DNA from: a virus
Lineage: Duplodnaviria > Caudoviricetes
Virus record (IMG/VR): IMGVR_UViG_3300005782_000011
Coordinates: 1-36,456 of that record
Length of the DNA: 36,456 nt
Strand: one strand, 5' to 3'
A model generated the notes under the pieces. The model did no database searches. It saw only the letters and a program-made list of their open reading frames with translations, and was not told the DNA's origin. Shown here piece by piece: positions 17,244 through 29,100 of this stretch. A program made the translations under genes and the position numbers. Each line of letters starts with the position of its first letter. The first letter of the stretch is position 1.

Positions 17244-17885
17244 ATGTACGGTATCTACGAGGATTCAGACCTGACCGAACTGGTCACAGCAGAGGGGAAT
17301 GTGACGAATCCGGACGATGAAACCGACCTGGACGGCGATGACGGTGAAACTGCGATAAAGCCTCTGTTTTGCGCCGTGATTCAGAGTGAACTTGCCGCTG
17401 GGATTAATGATGTTGTAACCGAGATCGAGGTTGATAACGCTTATTTCCGCTTCACAGACCTGCCGGTGATAAAGATCGGCGATGAACTGATGTATGTTAC
17501 CGACGGCCTATCACCTGCAGGCACTACGCTGACGGTCATTCGCGGCTGGAACAACACTACGCCAGCCAGCCATTCAGAAGACGACCGTGTGTATATGGCC
17601 TACAACGTGGAGAACGTTGCTGTTGTCTGCCGGGACAACGAGCAGGTGGTTACCGGCGATGAATCCTCCTACGTCACTTACTGCCTGGACGATGGCGAGG
17701 GTAATCCGGATGATGACTATTCAGCCGAACTCGCCCTGGGAAATCTCGACTACGATGAATCGGTGGCCTTTCACCGGAAGGTAATTATTCCAGAAAGCTC
17801 GGACGCCGAGAGTAAGCAGGATTTAATTCACGACCTGAAGGGGCCGAGCGACACAAATTTTAAACTCATACCCTTGGATAGCTGA
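17244..17885 (+). CDS. Acidic virion structural protein
   Basis: LAAGIND...IKIGDELMYVT...LTVIRGWNNTTPASH domain common in phage tail regions. Confidence 0.65.
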   Translation: MYGIYEDSDLTELVTAEGNVTNPDDETDLDGDDGETAIKPLFCAVIQSELAAGINDVVTEIEVDNAYFRFTDLPVIKIGDELMYVTDGLSPAGTTLTVIRGWNNTTPASHSEDDRVYMAYNVENVAVVCRDNEQVVTGDESSYVTYCLDDGEGNPDDDYSAELALGNLDYDESVAFHRKVIIPESSDAESKQDLIHDLKGPSDTNFKLIPLDS

Positions 17886-17889
17886 ATAT

Positions 17890-20706
17890 ATGCCACCAAA
17901 ACCATTAAAAATCCGTGATTTCAAGAGCGTTGTTCAGTATGCCGACCTTGAGGATCTGCCAGACGGGACGGCGACCGAGATGAAGAACATGCGGATCATC
18001 TACGGCAAGATCGTCAAGACCTCCGAACTCGGCGCATTTCTGGATGAAGCCCTTGAGGTTGCCGGTAAGACAATTACTGGGTTTGCTACCTGGATTCACA
18101 GCCGCCTGAGTGCATCCAGCCAGCCGGTAGGCAGCGGCGCAGGTTATCTGTACCTGATTGCCGTGGTGGATGATTCAACGAAGAAACTTCAAATCCACAC
18201 CTGGAACGGCCAGAGCAAAACCTGGGTGGCAATAGATACGGTCGCAGGCGGCCTGGATTTCACCACCACAAGCTACTACCAGACAAAAGGCGATGACCTG
18301 CCGAGCCAGAGAAATCCGATTATCTATGCCAATGAGATACTCAGGTTCCTGCCGGGGGACACGGCCAAGCCCGATGGAACGAATGTGGCGGTGGGGGCGT
18401 GGATCGGCTGGATCGGGCGGGATTATTTCGATGGACTGTTCACGGCGGCAAGCTACACGGCCAAGTTTTTCAGCTATCCAAGAGAGATTGAAAAGCCGAC
18501 ATTCACGCCGACAATCACACAGCATTGGGGAGATAAAGCTTTCAGTCCATCGGAAGGCGGAATACCGATAACTGCTATAAATGACGAAGAACAGTCAGTT
18601 ACGATTATTGGCGAATACGGAGGAATTTTTACCGGTGGCAAGTTGTTTATGATTGAAGGAAGTCCCCATCCAGATAATTACGGTCTGTTCAAGGCATTAA
18701 CTTCAGAAATATCAAGCGGTCAGACAAAAATTTTCATTGATGATGAATATAAGGCAATAACGGACATTATAGGCGGCACGGTTCGATTTACGGTGAATCG
18801 GGATGCTCGATATTATAAGTTTTCCTATGTCTATGACGGCAATCAAGAAAGCCTCTTATCCGAAGCCTGTAAGGTGGATTTCGAGGATCAGCGGTTTGCC
18901 TCTTTTGAGGCAAGTTTTACCAACACCGATCATAACAAGCGGATTACCGCAATTAAAGTCTATCGCTCCACGACCGGCGAAACCGGAACCTATTATCATA
19001 TTCATACGATAGATTTCCTGAGAAAAACCGGGCAGTACAAATCCGCCGCAGACGGCTCTTATTCCGGCGATAAAAATATCTATATACCGGATATCGGATC
19101 AGTTACACCGACTCCCAATGTGAGTAAAATAGGACTTTGGAATAATAACATCGGTGAGTTCGTGTACTATACGATTTTAAGTCATTCTGGAACCCGTTTT
19201 ACGGTAATTGCAGAACAAACTCTCTTGGATGATGATTATTGGAATTGCGCCTGGGAATATCTCAGTAATGGTTCTGATGTAACAAGCAGTGGTTCGACTG
19301 GCGCATTCTCCGGTCAAAAGGTATGGATAGTCAGCGAGGACTTGGGGGCTGTCAATTATTCCGGTGGAGTGATTGAGCTTCATCTGGGAGCGACTACCGG
19401 CTATCGAATGGTCGATATTGTTTATGGCAAAGCCGTTCATCTTACCTCAGCCGTAAATACTGCGGGCGGAGCGACAAACGAAGATTGGAAACTATTCAAT
19501 ATCGAAAAAGGATTGTTTTTCTACGCCTTGTCCGGTTCAACGATCACCTGGAAGTTTTTTGATACTGCTCTACCTGACGGCGCTCCACACCCGCTGGAAG
19601 GCGAAGTCTCGATCAATGTCAACGGCAAGTATGCCAAGATGATCGCCGGGCGGCTATTTCAGGCCAAGATTGTACTCGACCCGGCGGATAAAGCCGAAGA
19701 GCACGAGGATTGGGGTTCGTACTCGGAACTCGAACAACCTGACGTAAATCCGGTTTCCAACGCACTCCGTTTCCAGGAGCGGGAGGGCGGCGAGCTGACC
19801 GGCCTGGAAGAACTTTTCGGCATGGCCGTATTCCTCAAGAAACAAGGGATTATCACGGTGAATTGCAAGAGCAGCCCGGCGTCCCCGGAGCTGTGGGCCA
19901 TCACCGAGTCGATTCATGACATTGGCAACGTGGCCCCCCTGGGCGCAGTAAGGGCGGGCGATTCTCTCTATCCCTGCGCAAATGACGGTATTTACAAGCT
20001 CACACCTAACAACCTGTCGGACTCGGATGCTACGCCGACCGAAAAACTGAAGATCACCGAGCCGATAAATAATATTTACAATAGCATGACCGCCGCACAG
20101 AAACGGGGCATCCGGGGTGTTTACCATCACCGGCGCAATGAAATACACTGGTTTATGACCTATCCGGTGGATGAAGACGACACACTCAAGCGCTGGGCCT
20201 ACAACGTGATTACCGGAGCCTGGCGGGAAGTCTATGCACTGTACGATGCGCTGATTCCCGCCATGGACGAAAACGCCAATGCCCTGATCCTGGAAGACCT
20301 GGAAGATGACACCGTTCAGGTTGCGGCAGCCGATTCCGATCAGGATGAGCAGGATGGGCGGTTCCTGTTCCGCTCAAAAGTATTTCCAATTTCAGAAGGC
20401 AGCCCGGAGCCGATTCACAAAATCACAGTAATTTATAAAAGTCCACACGCGCTGAAGCTGCGCCTGTACCTGGACGGCAACGATACGATTGTAGAAGACT
20501 ACGATCTGCCAGCGCAGGCGGACATGAAGCCTTACACGGTGGCCGTGGGCTACAGTTGCTACCGGATGCAGTTCGTAATTACCGATGATACCGGTGATGC
20601 GCTGGTAGTTGAGGAAAGCAGTGGTGCTCCGGTCTATCTGATAGTCGAGCAAAACGAACTTAATCCCAATGTTGAAATTGGTGGAATGGACATCGTTCAT
20701 TCTTAG
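17890..20706 (+). CDS. Tail nozzle/stabilisation protein (P22 gp10 / T7 gp12-like position)
   Basis: 938 aa beta-rich; GELTGL, FLKKQGI, IGNVAP, WAYNVITGAW propeller-type motifs; precedes ejection genes. Confidence 0.65.
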   Translation: MPPKPLKIRDFKSVVQYADLEDLPDGTATEMKNMRIIYGKIVKTSELGAFLDEALEVAGKTITGFATWIHSRLSASSQPVGSGAGYLYLIAVVDDSTKKLQIHTWNGQSKTWVAIDTVAGGLDFTTTSYYQTKGDDLPSQRNPIIYANEILRFLPGDTAKPDGTNVAVGAWIGWIGRDYFDGLFTAASYTAKFFSYPREIEKPTFTPTITQHWGDKAFSPSEGGIPITAINDEEQSVTIIGEYGGIFTGGKLFMIEGSPHPDNYGLFKALTSEISSGQTKIFIDDEYKAITDIIGGTVRFTVNRDARYYKFSYVYDGNQESLLSEACKVDFEDQRFASFEASFTNTDHNKRITAIKVYRSTTGETGTYYHIHTIDFLRKTGQYKSAADGSYSGDKNIYIPDIGSVTPTPNVSKIGLWNNNIGEFVYYTILSHSGTRFTVIAEQTLLDDDYWNCAWEYLSNGSDVTSSGSTGAFSGQKVWIVSEDLGAVNYSGGVIELHLGATTGYRMVDIVYGKAVHLTSAVNTAGGATNEDWKLFNIEKGLFFYALSGSTITWKFFDTALPDGAPHPLEGEVSINVNGKYAKMIAGRLFQAKIVLDPADKAEEHEDWGSYSELEQPDVNPVSNALRFQEREGGELTGLEELFGMAVFLKKQGIITVNCKSSPASPELWAITESIHDIGNVAPLGAVRAGDSLYPCANDGIYKLTPNNLSDSDATPTEKLKITEPINNIYNSMTAAQKRGIRGVYHHRRNEIHWFMTYPVDEDDTLKRWAYNVITGAWREVYALYDALIPAMDENANALILEDLEDDTVQVAAADSDQDEQDGRFLFRSKVFPISEGSPEPIHKITVIYKSPHALKLRLYLDGNDTIVEDYDLPAQADMKPYTVAVGYSCYRMQFVITDDTGDALVVEESSGAPVYLIVEQNELNPNVEIGGMDIVHS

Positions 20707-20738
20707 TTATTGACAACAATTATTTAAGGAGGCACTCA

Positions 20739-21629
20739 ATGAACGTAGCGGCAGCGGCTGGCACCCTTTCAGAACGGTTCAAAGATTTAGGGTTAAGCAA
20801 GTTCACCAATGTAATTCTCAGGGCTTTACTGGAAAGCGCGGAAATATATGTGGCATCCAAGCTACATTCAGCATACCTGGACGAACTGGAAACGCCGGAA
20901 GTATCGGTTGCGGTATCCAGCGGGTATGCGGCACTATCGGCACTTTCCAACAACGTACTCGGTGGGGCGCAGGGTGTCCGCGAGGTCAAGTTGACCGGTG
21001 GGAAAATCTGCACCCTGATTGACGCTAAGCACCGAAAAGACACTGAAAGTTATTACCGGAAAGGATCAACCGACGATCCAATTGCCTGGGTGCAGAACAA
21101 CCGGATTTACGTTCTGCCAGCGAGTACCTTACTGATCGACGTGTCGTATCTCAAGATTCCTGATCCGTTGTATTTCAACTTCACTTCAAACCAGGCTGAT
21201 TCGGGAGCCAGTAAAACGAAATTCGACGGAGAAAGTGGAGAGGGACTCGACACCACGACTACTAATTATTACCTCGGGGCTGTGATCTTCAATATCGAAA
21301 AAGAAACCTACCATGTGGTAACCGCTTATAACAAGACCGACTTAGAATTCACGGTCGTTCCAGAAGCGGCGGCGAATTTCACCGAGGGCCAGCAATTCCG
21401 GTTCCTGACCCACGATTTCGATGCGCTCTCGCTTTCGGGCGTGGATTTTTCGCTCAACGCGGACAAGCACTCAATGATTATTGACGTGGCGGAGGCGGCT
21501 GGCTTGGCGCAGACGGAATTGCACCAACAGCGGGAAGCCGCCAATTCCAGAGCGGAAAACACAATTGCTGTGTGGAACGCCAAGTACATACCGCCGACCA
21601 GACTCGGTACGCAGGAACAGGGGAGGTAA
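20739..21629 (+). CDS. Head-tail adaptor/tail ring protein 2
   Basis: AAGGAGG SD; aligns with 13191-14138 (YVASKL/YVAGKL, CTLID/CTEID, IYVLP/LYLNP, TYHVVT). Confidence 0.6.
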   Translation: MNVAAAAGTLSERFKDLGLSKFTNVILRALLESAEIYVASKLHSAYLDELETPEVSVAVSSGYAALSALSNNVLGGAQGVREVKLTGGKICTLIDAKHRKDTESYYRKGSTDDPIAWVQNNRIYVLPASTLLIDVSYLKIPDPLYFNFTSNQADSGASKTKFDGESGEGLDTTTTNYYLGAVIFNIEKETYHVVTAYNKTDLEFTVVPEAAANFTEGQQFRFLTHDFDALSLSGVDFSLNADKHSMIIDVAEAAGLAQTELHQQREAANSRAENTIAVWNAKYIPPTRLGTQEQGR

Positions 21630-21631
21630 TT

Positions 21632-22333
21632 ATGGTCTGGCCTTTAATTGCAGCAGGAGCTGGGATGCAGTTAGGCAAAGGTCTGGCTGGCTGGTTGACC
21701 CGGCCCAAGATACCACGCGCGGAGCAAACCGCCCGCGGACGTGAATTGATGCGCCGCTCACGGTACGGTGCTTATGGCCCTGTCGCACAGCGGAATATTC
21801 TGAGTGCGGCGGGACGGGCCAGCGGAGCGGCTGGGCAAACAGCGCGAGTTGGCATCCGGGGTGGCCTGGTGCACAGGGGAATGGGGGATTCGATAGCCGG
21901 GGAACGATTACTGGCCGAGCCGGGCCTGCGGAGATCCAGATACCTGGCTGAGACCGGCGAACGGCTGGGTACTGAAAACGAATTGGCAAAAACCGAGGCC
22001 CGTTCGGATTTCGCAACCTTACAAGATCAGATGGATGCCACCCGCAGGGAAAGCCGCAGGCAGGGCTTGCAGAGTTTGCTTGGAGGCGGTCTGGGCGCAG
22101 TAGAAGCCGGAGTCGGCACCTATATGCAGGAAAAAACCCTGGGAGAGTTCGAGGATTTCAACCGGAAGTACGCGCAGATCGACTTGCTGATCCAAGCCGG
22201 GAATTTCGAGGAGGCCGAACGGCTACTTGCTGAACTTACCGGCGGGATGCCGCTCGATATCTCCACGACCCGTGGACTGCACAGACCAGCCGTTCCGCCC
22301 CAGGAAAAAGTATTACAGGCGGGGAGGTACTGA
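21632..22333 (+). CDS. Ejection (DNA transfer) protein
   Basis: GGAGGT SD; Gly/Ala-rich amphipathic N-terminus MVWPLIAAGAGMQLGKGLAGWL; podovirus core-protein position. Confidence 0.65.
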   Translation: MVWPLIAAGAGMQLGKGLAGWLTRPKIPRAEQTARGRELMRRSRYGAYGPVAQRNILSAAGRASGAAGQTARVGIRGGLVHRGMGDSIAGERLLAEPGLRRSRYLAETGERLGTENELAKTEARSDFATLQDQMDATRRESRRQGLQSLLGGGLGAVEAGVGTYMQEKTLGEFEDFNRKYAQIDLLIQAGNFEEAERLLAELTGGMPLDISTTRGLHRPAVPPQEKVLQAGRY

Positions 22334-22334
22334 T

Positions 22335-23087
22335 ATGCCAATGGACAGATTTCAACTGGCGCACTACAAGGCCCAGAGAATGAACGAATTGACCGGCAAA
22401 ATCAGGGCGAAAAAGCTACAGGTTGAAGACCGGGCCTGGCTTCGGGAAATGCGTAAAAAGAAAAGAAGCGACTGGACGAAAGAGGAGGAAGACCGGGCCT
22501 TGAGAATCCAGCGGGAACAAACGCTTTTTGAACAGGGCCAGGAAACTTATCAACACGGATTGAGCCGCCGTCCGATAGTCGAGGGACAGAAAGATGTGTT
22601 AACCGGACTCAGAATCCGTGAAGCAGGCCGTGGACCGCGTCCGACCCTGTCCACCGGATATAACCCGGAAACGGATGCCTATGAGCGGCAACTCATTGAT
22701 CCCTACACCGGTGAGACGAAGCGGGTCGAGGGGGGATTGCAGCCCATCCCATCCCGCAGACTGTACGACATAACGTCCGCAGAAGTGAGTGCATGGAAAG
22801 CATCGAATTTCGATCCTATCGATGGCGAGCCGAATAAAGATTTCGTACCGCTGGAAGAATGGGTACTCATGATGCGGCAGAGCCTCGGCAGCTTTCCCTC
22901 AAGTCGAATCGGTGGCCGTTCTGGGGAATGGATCAGCGGCCCTTCTTCAAAGGGCTTGAAACGCAACCGATTGGCACCGGTCGAGACTCCTGCGACAGAA
23001 TACTTTCGCTTGATGCCTGGGCCGAGAAAACCCAGTGTAACCAAGAAATTGAAAACAATTCCCGGCCTTTATGAACCGATTGATTGA
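22335..23087 (+). CDS. Putative second ejection protein
   Basis: GGAGGT SD before ATG 22335; lies between ejection protein 1 and the giant protein. Confidence 0.55.
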   Translation: MPMDRFQLAHYKAQRMNELTGKIRAKKLQVEDRAWLREMRKKKRSDWTKEEEDRALRIQREQTLFEQGQETYQHGLSRRPIVEGQKDVLTGLRIREAGRGPRPTLSTGYNPETDAYERQLIDPYTGETKRVEGGLQPIPSRRLYDITSAEVSAWKASNFDPIDGEPNKDFVPLEEWVLMMRQSLGSFPSSRIGGRSGEWISGPSSKGLKRNRLAPVETPATEYFRLMPGPRKPSVTKKLKTIPGLYEPID

Positions 23088-23124
23088 GGCGATGTCTGCC
23101 GACAGGCAGAGGATGAGGTAAAGA

Positions 23125-26100
23125 ATGTCGAGAAATAAACTGCGATCAATTTTTAATAGCGTCGGCCAGGATTATAACTTGAGGAATTTCTATGCCTTCC
23201 AACGAGCGATGGCCCAGCCAGAAAAGCGAAAGACTTTTTACGAAACAGTTTCTCACGATTACGACTTGGGCGAATTTGAGCAGTTCGATAGCCTTGTTGC
23301 GTCAAGTCTGCCTGAAACCGCTGTCCTGGAAAGACCGGAAGTGGAGCCGCCCGTTGAAATACAGCCGCAGCCTGCTCCAACTGCTGAAGAAAAGCCTGTG
23401 ATTACAGCACCGCCTGCCGCCGTGAAACCAGCTGAAAAAGCACCCCAAAAATTTCCTACTGCTGTCAGGGCTTTTGATATTGGAGCGCAGCATTTTATTC
23501 CTGAGACTGAAAAAGTTGAACCGGAAAAACCTGAATTTGAATTACCAACCATTTCAGAGGCACCGGAAGAAAGTTTGATTAAGAAAATTCTCGGTCAATG
23601 GGAGCCAACATCTACGGAAAAAATCGCCCATGCTCAGAATGTATATCAGATAGCGAAACAGTACAACTTGCCGATAAGCAAAGTACGCCATCAGATTAAA
23701 CTGGCAGACCGCAAAGGAGGCATGGATTCGGCCGTAAATTCTTTCTTCACTTCTGCAATCGCTTTTGGCATGGCGACCCACGCTCCTGCCACTCTTGCCG
23801 GTATCGGCGCGTTTATGGCGATTAAAGAATTGGTTAATGCCGGTGTGAGCATTTATAAGGATGAGAAATATCAAGCCCTTGCGGGCAAAGGGTTTTCAGA
23901 CTTGCCCTCAGAGGAATCCAGCCATGTGCTGAAGAAAACAATCGAGGCGGCTGAACTTATTGGCACTATTTCACTAATGGGTGCCGGCATAAAGATGGGT
24001 AAACCAACTTTTGAGAAGTTTACAAAAGATATTGTTGTTGATAATAAGGCTCCTCAATATCTCTATATTGAGCCGGAACAGGTCAAGGCAGCAACCGGAG
24101 AGGGTAAATTTGTACGTAATCTGGATAGGCCGGGTGTAATTGCACGGATAAAACTACTTGAATGGTTGGGAATTACCGGTGATAAAGCTAAACTGGCCGA
24201 GGAAAACGGCGTTGCCGTGCCTGTTGAGAGTGTAACTTGGATGGTTGATAAACCCTGGTTCCATGAAATTAAAAATTCTTTTAGGCTTATGCCTGCAAAG
24301 AAAGCCAAGCTTGTTGATTATAAACTCAAACCGGTTGAAGGCACACCCACCAGTGATATAGGCGAGGTAGGGCTTGCACCCGAATTGCCAGCAGGATTGC
24401 CGGAAAAGCCATCCGCGATTCCAGCGAAACCCGTACCCGTTAGCGAAGGCCGCCCAGCACAACCTTTCACCGCACAACTGGCTCCGGAAGAAGTAGAGAA
24501 GTACGAGCGCGTCCGTGAGAACATCCGCGCCTTGTCGGAAGAACAATTTACGGAACTGCACGAGGCGAATACTGAGGAAGCGCAGGAAGACCCAGACAAC
24601 CGTGATTACCAACTGATTGAACAGGCATTCGCTGAAGAGGCGGAAGCCCGGGCGGCCATACCGAAAACAAAACTCGGCAAAATGATGGCCGCTATAACGG
24701 ATGCGGGACCGGGAATAGAAGAAACTCCCGGTGTGCCTATGGAGGCCCCTGAAGCTACGAAAGCCGAAAAGCCAGTGGAAGGCGCGCCCGAAGGTGAGAA
24801 AATCGCTGAGAAGCCACCGGAGGAGTTTGTAGAGGCAAAAGAAGAGGTCATGCCTGGTGTCCCGGCGACCGAAAAAGATCATCCAGTGGTTAAGAGTTGG
24901 CTTGAACAAGGATGGGGTGTTCGTTCTGCTCGAAATGCCGATGAAGGGAAGGCGCTTTTAAAAGCTGGTTACACTCAAAGTGTTTCCATTGGCGGTTTAT
25001 ATTATAAAAAGCCCCCTGTTTCACCGAAGGTTGAAAAAGCGGAAGAAAAGCCTATTAGCGCACTTGCGGTTGAGGAGCGGCGCAAGGCTGAACTGACCGA
25101 GACTGAAAAGAAATTCGCTGGGGCTTTGAAGAAAGAGGAAGAGCTTGAAAAAGAAATTAAAGGAGAAAAGCAGATAGTACACAAACGATACGAGAAAAAG
25201 ACAGGAACAAAAGATAGATGGCTGGTAATAGATAAAGCTGGCAAGTATCTTGCTGGCTTTAATTCGCAGATTGAAGCCGAAAATTTTATAAAACAACCGC
25301 CAGCAAAAGAAATAGAAGATAAAGAAACTTTTATAGAGGAGTCCATTAAAAAAGAAGCGCAAGAAAGATTAATTGAAGAAGGGGAAATGGAAAAAGAAAT
25401 AAAAGTCCGCAAGCTTCGATTAGAAGATATTGAAGATGCTTTATATGATGCTGGATGGGGAATAACTGGTGCATCTGAAAAATCCGAAGCTCTTTATTTT
25501 GAACATGAAAGAGTTTATAAGAGATTGCGATTGGCAAATCATTCTCCCGTATATGTCGAATCTCTTGATGCCATAAACATTTCTACCTTTGAACCATTTG
25601 GGGATGCCGATTACGATTTGAATAATGTTCCAAGTAGCGAATTAAGAAAATACATACGAAATTTAACAGCCAAAGAAATAAGGAGCGCAAGAAAGCCAGT
25701 CAAGCCAGAAGCCCCTGTAAAGCCACCAGAGGCCGCTGAGGGCAAAAAGGCAAAAACTGAGGCAGGTATGCGCCCAGAGCCGAAAGTTCTCAAGGAGTCT
25801 GCACCGCAGCCAGCGAAAAAGGCCGAAGAAGAGGCGGTTCCCGCCGTTCCTGTTGCCCCGAAGGTTGAAAAAGCGGAAGTGGCTGCCGAGAAGCCAGAGG
25901 TCGAAGAGCTCACCGCAGAGAAGAGAGCAATTATCGGCACGCATGTTGCGGAATTAGGTTCAATCGAGAAGGTCGCGGAGTATTACCCAGGTAAAGGCAA
26001 GCCCGATACTTTTGCCAGGGAGAGGGCTGAAGAACTGTTTGGGGAGGAGGCTGCCCCCAAAAAGGAAGCGGCTCAAGAAGCGTTTCTTGATGAAAGCGAA

Positions 26101-29100
26101 TTTCCCGTTCAACGCGTTTCAGTTAAAGATATTAGGGTTAGCCCTGAAGATTTTCAGTTTAAACGGGATGTAGATGAGAGGGGTATCCAGGAAGGGACTG
26201 AGATAAAAGGCGAGTTTCGGCCACTTGCTGCGGGGAATGTTTTAGTGTGGCAGGCAAAGGATGGAACCATGTTTGTCGTTAATGGCCACCATCGACTTGC
26301 GAAAGCCCAGGATGAAGGGTTATCTTATATAAATGCTCAAATTATAAAAGAAACCGATGGATATACAAAAGATCAAGCAAAAACTCTTGGCGCCTTAACT
26401 AACATTGAGGAAGGAAGGGGTACTTCTTATGACTGGGTCGAATTCTTCAAAGAAACGGACATTTCGGAAACTCAATCAAGGAAGTATGGGCTTGAAGGGC
26501 AAGCCTTTAGATTTACCGAAATTGCTGGGAATGATCTCCTTGCGTCCTTTAGAAACAGACACATCACACCGGAACAAGCCTTCACGATAGCAGAAACAGC
26601 CGGTAAAGATGAAGCCGTCCAAGCTATCGGCATGAGGCTTATTCAGACCGCCAAAGAAAAAGGTCAAAAACTTTCTCCAGACGATCTCGCCAATCAAATC
26701 CGTGCTAATATTTTTATGAAAGAGAACGCACCGGAACTGAAGGCCCAGCGGGATTTATTTGGCGAAACCCACGATGCTGCCCTGGAACTCAGTGAAAATT
26801 TAGCCAAAATAACCACCAAGCACCAGAAGGAACTGAAAGAGATTATTCTCGCCTTGCGTAATGTCAACAAAGATAATCGCCTTGAGATAATGAAAAAAAC
26901 GGGTTTGGAGTTCGAGAGTGTCGCTGAAGCCCGGAAGGTACTCGAAAAGGCGAAAGCTGATCTTGCGAAGTGGCAAAGATGGGAACTTGATCCTGATTTA
27001 AGAAAGATAATTTTAAGCGAACTGAACAAGCAAGGCACCCAGAAAGGATTGTTTGAGGAAGCAAAGCCGGAAGCTGAGGAAATTCAGTTTATAACAAGGC
27101 CGGTAACCATCGCCGCCCGTCCGGGCATGGGGCTTGTTCGGGTGGAGCGGGCATTAGCCGGCATCAAGGATAAGTTCAAAATACCGATCAGGGTACTCGG
27201 TTCAGTCGAGGATCTGGAAGGCCGCACCAGGGAGGCCGCGCAAAATGAACTCAAGCGCGGTAATGTCATATCCGGTTTTTACAATCCCCGCGCCAATGAG
27301 ATTGTCATTCTCGCTGATGGAGTGCGCAACTCCGATGAATTACTCAAGCTCATAATCCCACATGAGATAACACATTACGGCACAAAGGGAATGCTCGGCG
27401 AAAAGGCTTATGTAGGGTTATTGAAAGACCTGCAGGAAGACAAGGCGATTGGCCCGGAGATCCGCAAGTTGATGAAAGAAAACGGCTGGAAGGCCGATTA
27501 TGCCGCTTCCGAGTGGTGGGCCGGGAATGCCGAGGGAGTGAACTTCGACAGCCTGAAAAAACCCAGTCTGATTCAGCGGGTAATCTTCTACCTCAAGAAA
27601 TGGCTGAGAAAGGTGTTCGGGGCCAAGCGGGTAAAGTTCTCTGATGCCGAGATCAAGGACTTGCTACGCCAGAGTTACCAGTATGCTCGACGGGAAGAAG
27701 GGAAACGGGCGGTTAATGAGTTCGCGGTAGAACTTTCATATAGCCTGAAAGAAGCCCGCACAAAAATAACAGATAATCCAAATTTCAAAAAGTGGTTTGG
27801 TGATAGCAAGGTGGTGGATGAGAAGGGTAAGCCGCTGGTGGTGTATCATAGCACTGATGCAAAAGAGATTAATGTTTTTGATCAAGCATGGAATTTTGCA
27901 AGAATTATTTATTTTGGATTCACGCCACAAGCGGCACGACAAGCCGCAAGAGGCAAGAAAAATATAATTGGAGTTTATTTGAATGTCAGCAATCCGTATA
28001 ATACCAAAGAGACTGCTATTCCTTGGTATGAAGCTGAGGATCATTTGTTTATAGCGGATTTGAAACGTAAAGGATATGACGGAATATATATCAAAGATGA
28101 ATCTGGAATAAGTATTGCCGTTTTTGAGCCTACTCAAATCAAATCTATTTACAATGTCGGCACATTCTCTCCCGAAACTGCGGACATCCGTTTCCGCACT
28201 CAGAAGCTCTCCGACCTGCGTTCTCAGATGGACGAGCTAACCGAAGCCCTGGAAAAACTGCCGGAAATCCGCAGCGGACTTTCGACCAAAAACATCCGGG
28301 CCCGTATGGAACAGAAGATTGCCGAGCTGGATGAGCGTATCCGTGAAGCCGAATTGGGCATGGCAGTATCTTTCCGCACCCGGCCCACGACTGACAGGCA
28401 GGCGCGTTTACTGGGCCTGCTCGAGCCTACAGGCGGCCAGCCGGTCGAACGCACCGGTTTTAAATTTTTAAATCCAGAAGTTGAAGAGCGTTTCAGCAGG
28501 GCAAAGGGTGGAGCCAAAGACCCTTATTTCGTAAGGATAAAAGCCAATATTAAAAACCTATGGAATAAAATGGCCAGAGAATATGAACACCTGCCCAAAA
28601 CAGAAGAGTTCGCCCAATTGAGATTTGACATTCTTAAACTTACAAAACAGAGGGGAATATCTTCCGATAAGACCTTGAGAGAAATTGCCGATATTATAAA
28701 AAATTTAGATAAAACCGATTATGACCTTTTTACAAGGAAGGTGATTCTTGATGATTTTTCTGCCATGCTTGATGAAGACCCTGATGTTGCGCTTCCCTTT
28801 GGATTGACCAAAGACAATTTCAATGGTGAATATGAAAGATTAAACTCCGTTGTCGGTAAAATCAAAGTAATCAATGATTCAATCGAGAAACGCAATAAAA
28901 CATGGGAGTCTGTAAAAGCTGATTATATCAAATCAATGCGGGATATCGGTTTTGATGTTGAAGATAGACTGACACGAAAGAACTATTTTCGCCATCAGGT
29001 TCTTGATTACATAAGGCTAAAAAATGCCGTTGGGGGAACAGGGCGCAAGTTAAAAACTCCTGCATATCGTGGATTCTTAAAAGGGCGAAAAGGGAGCCAG

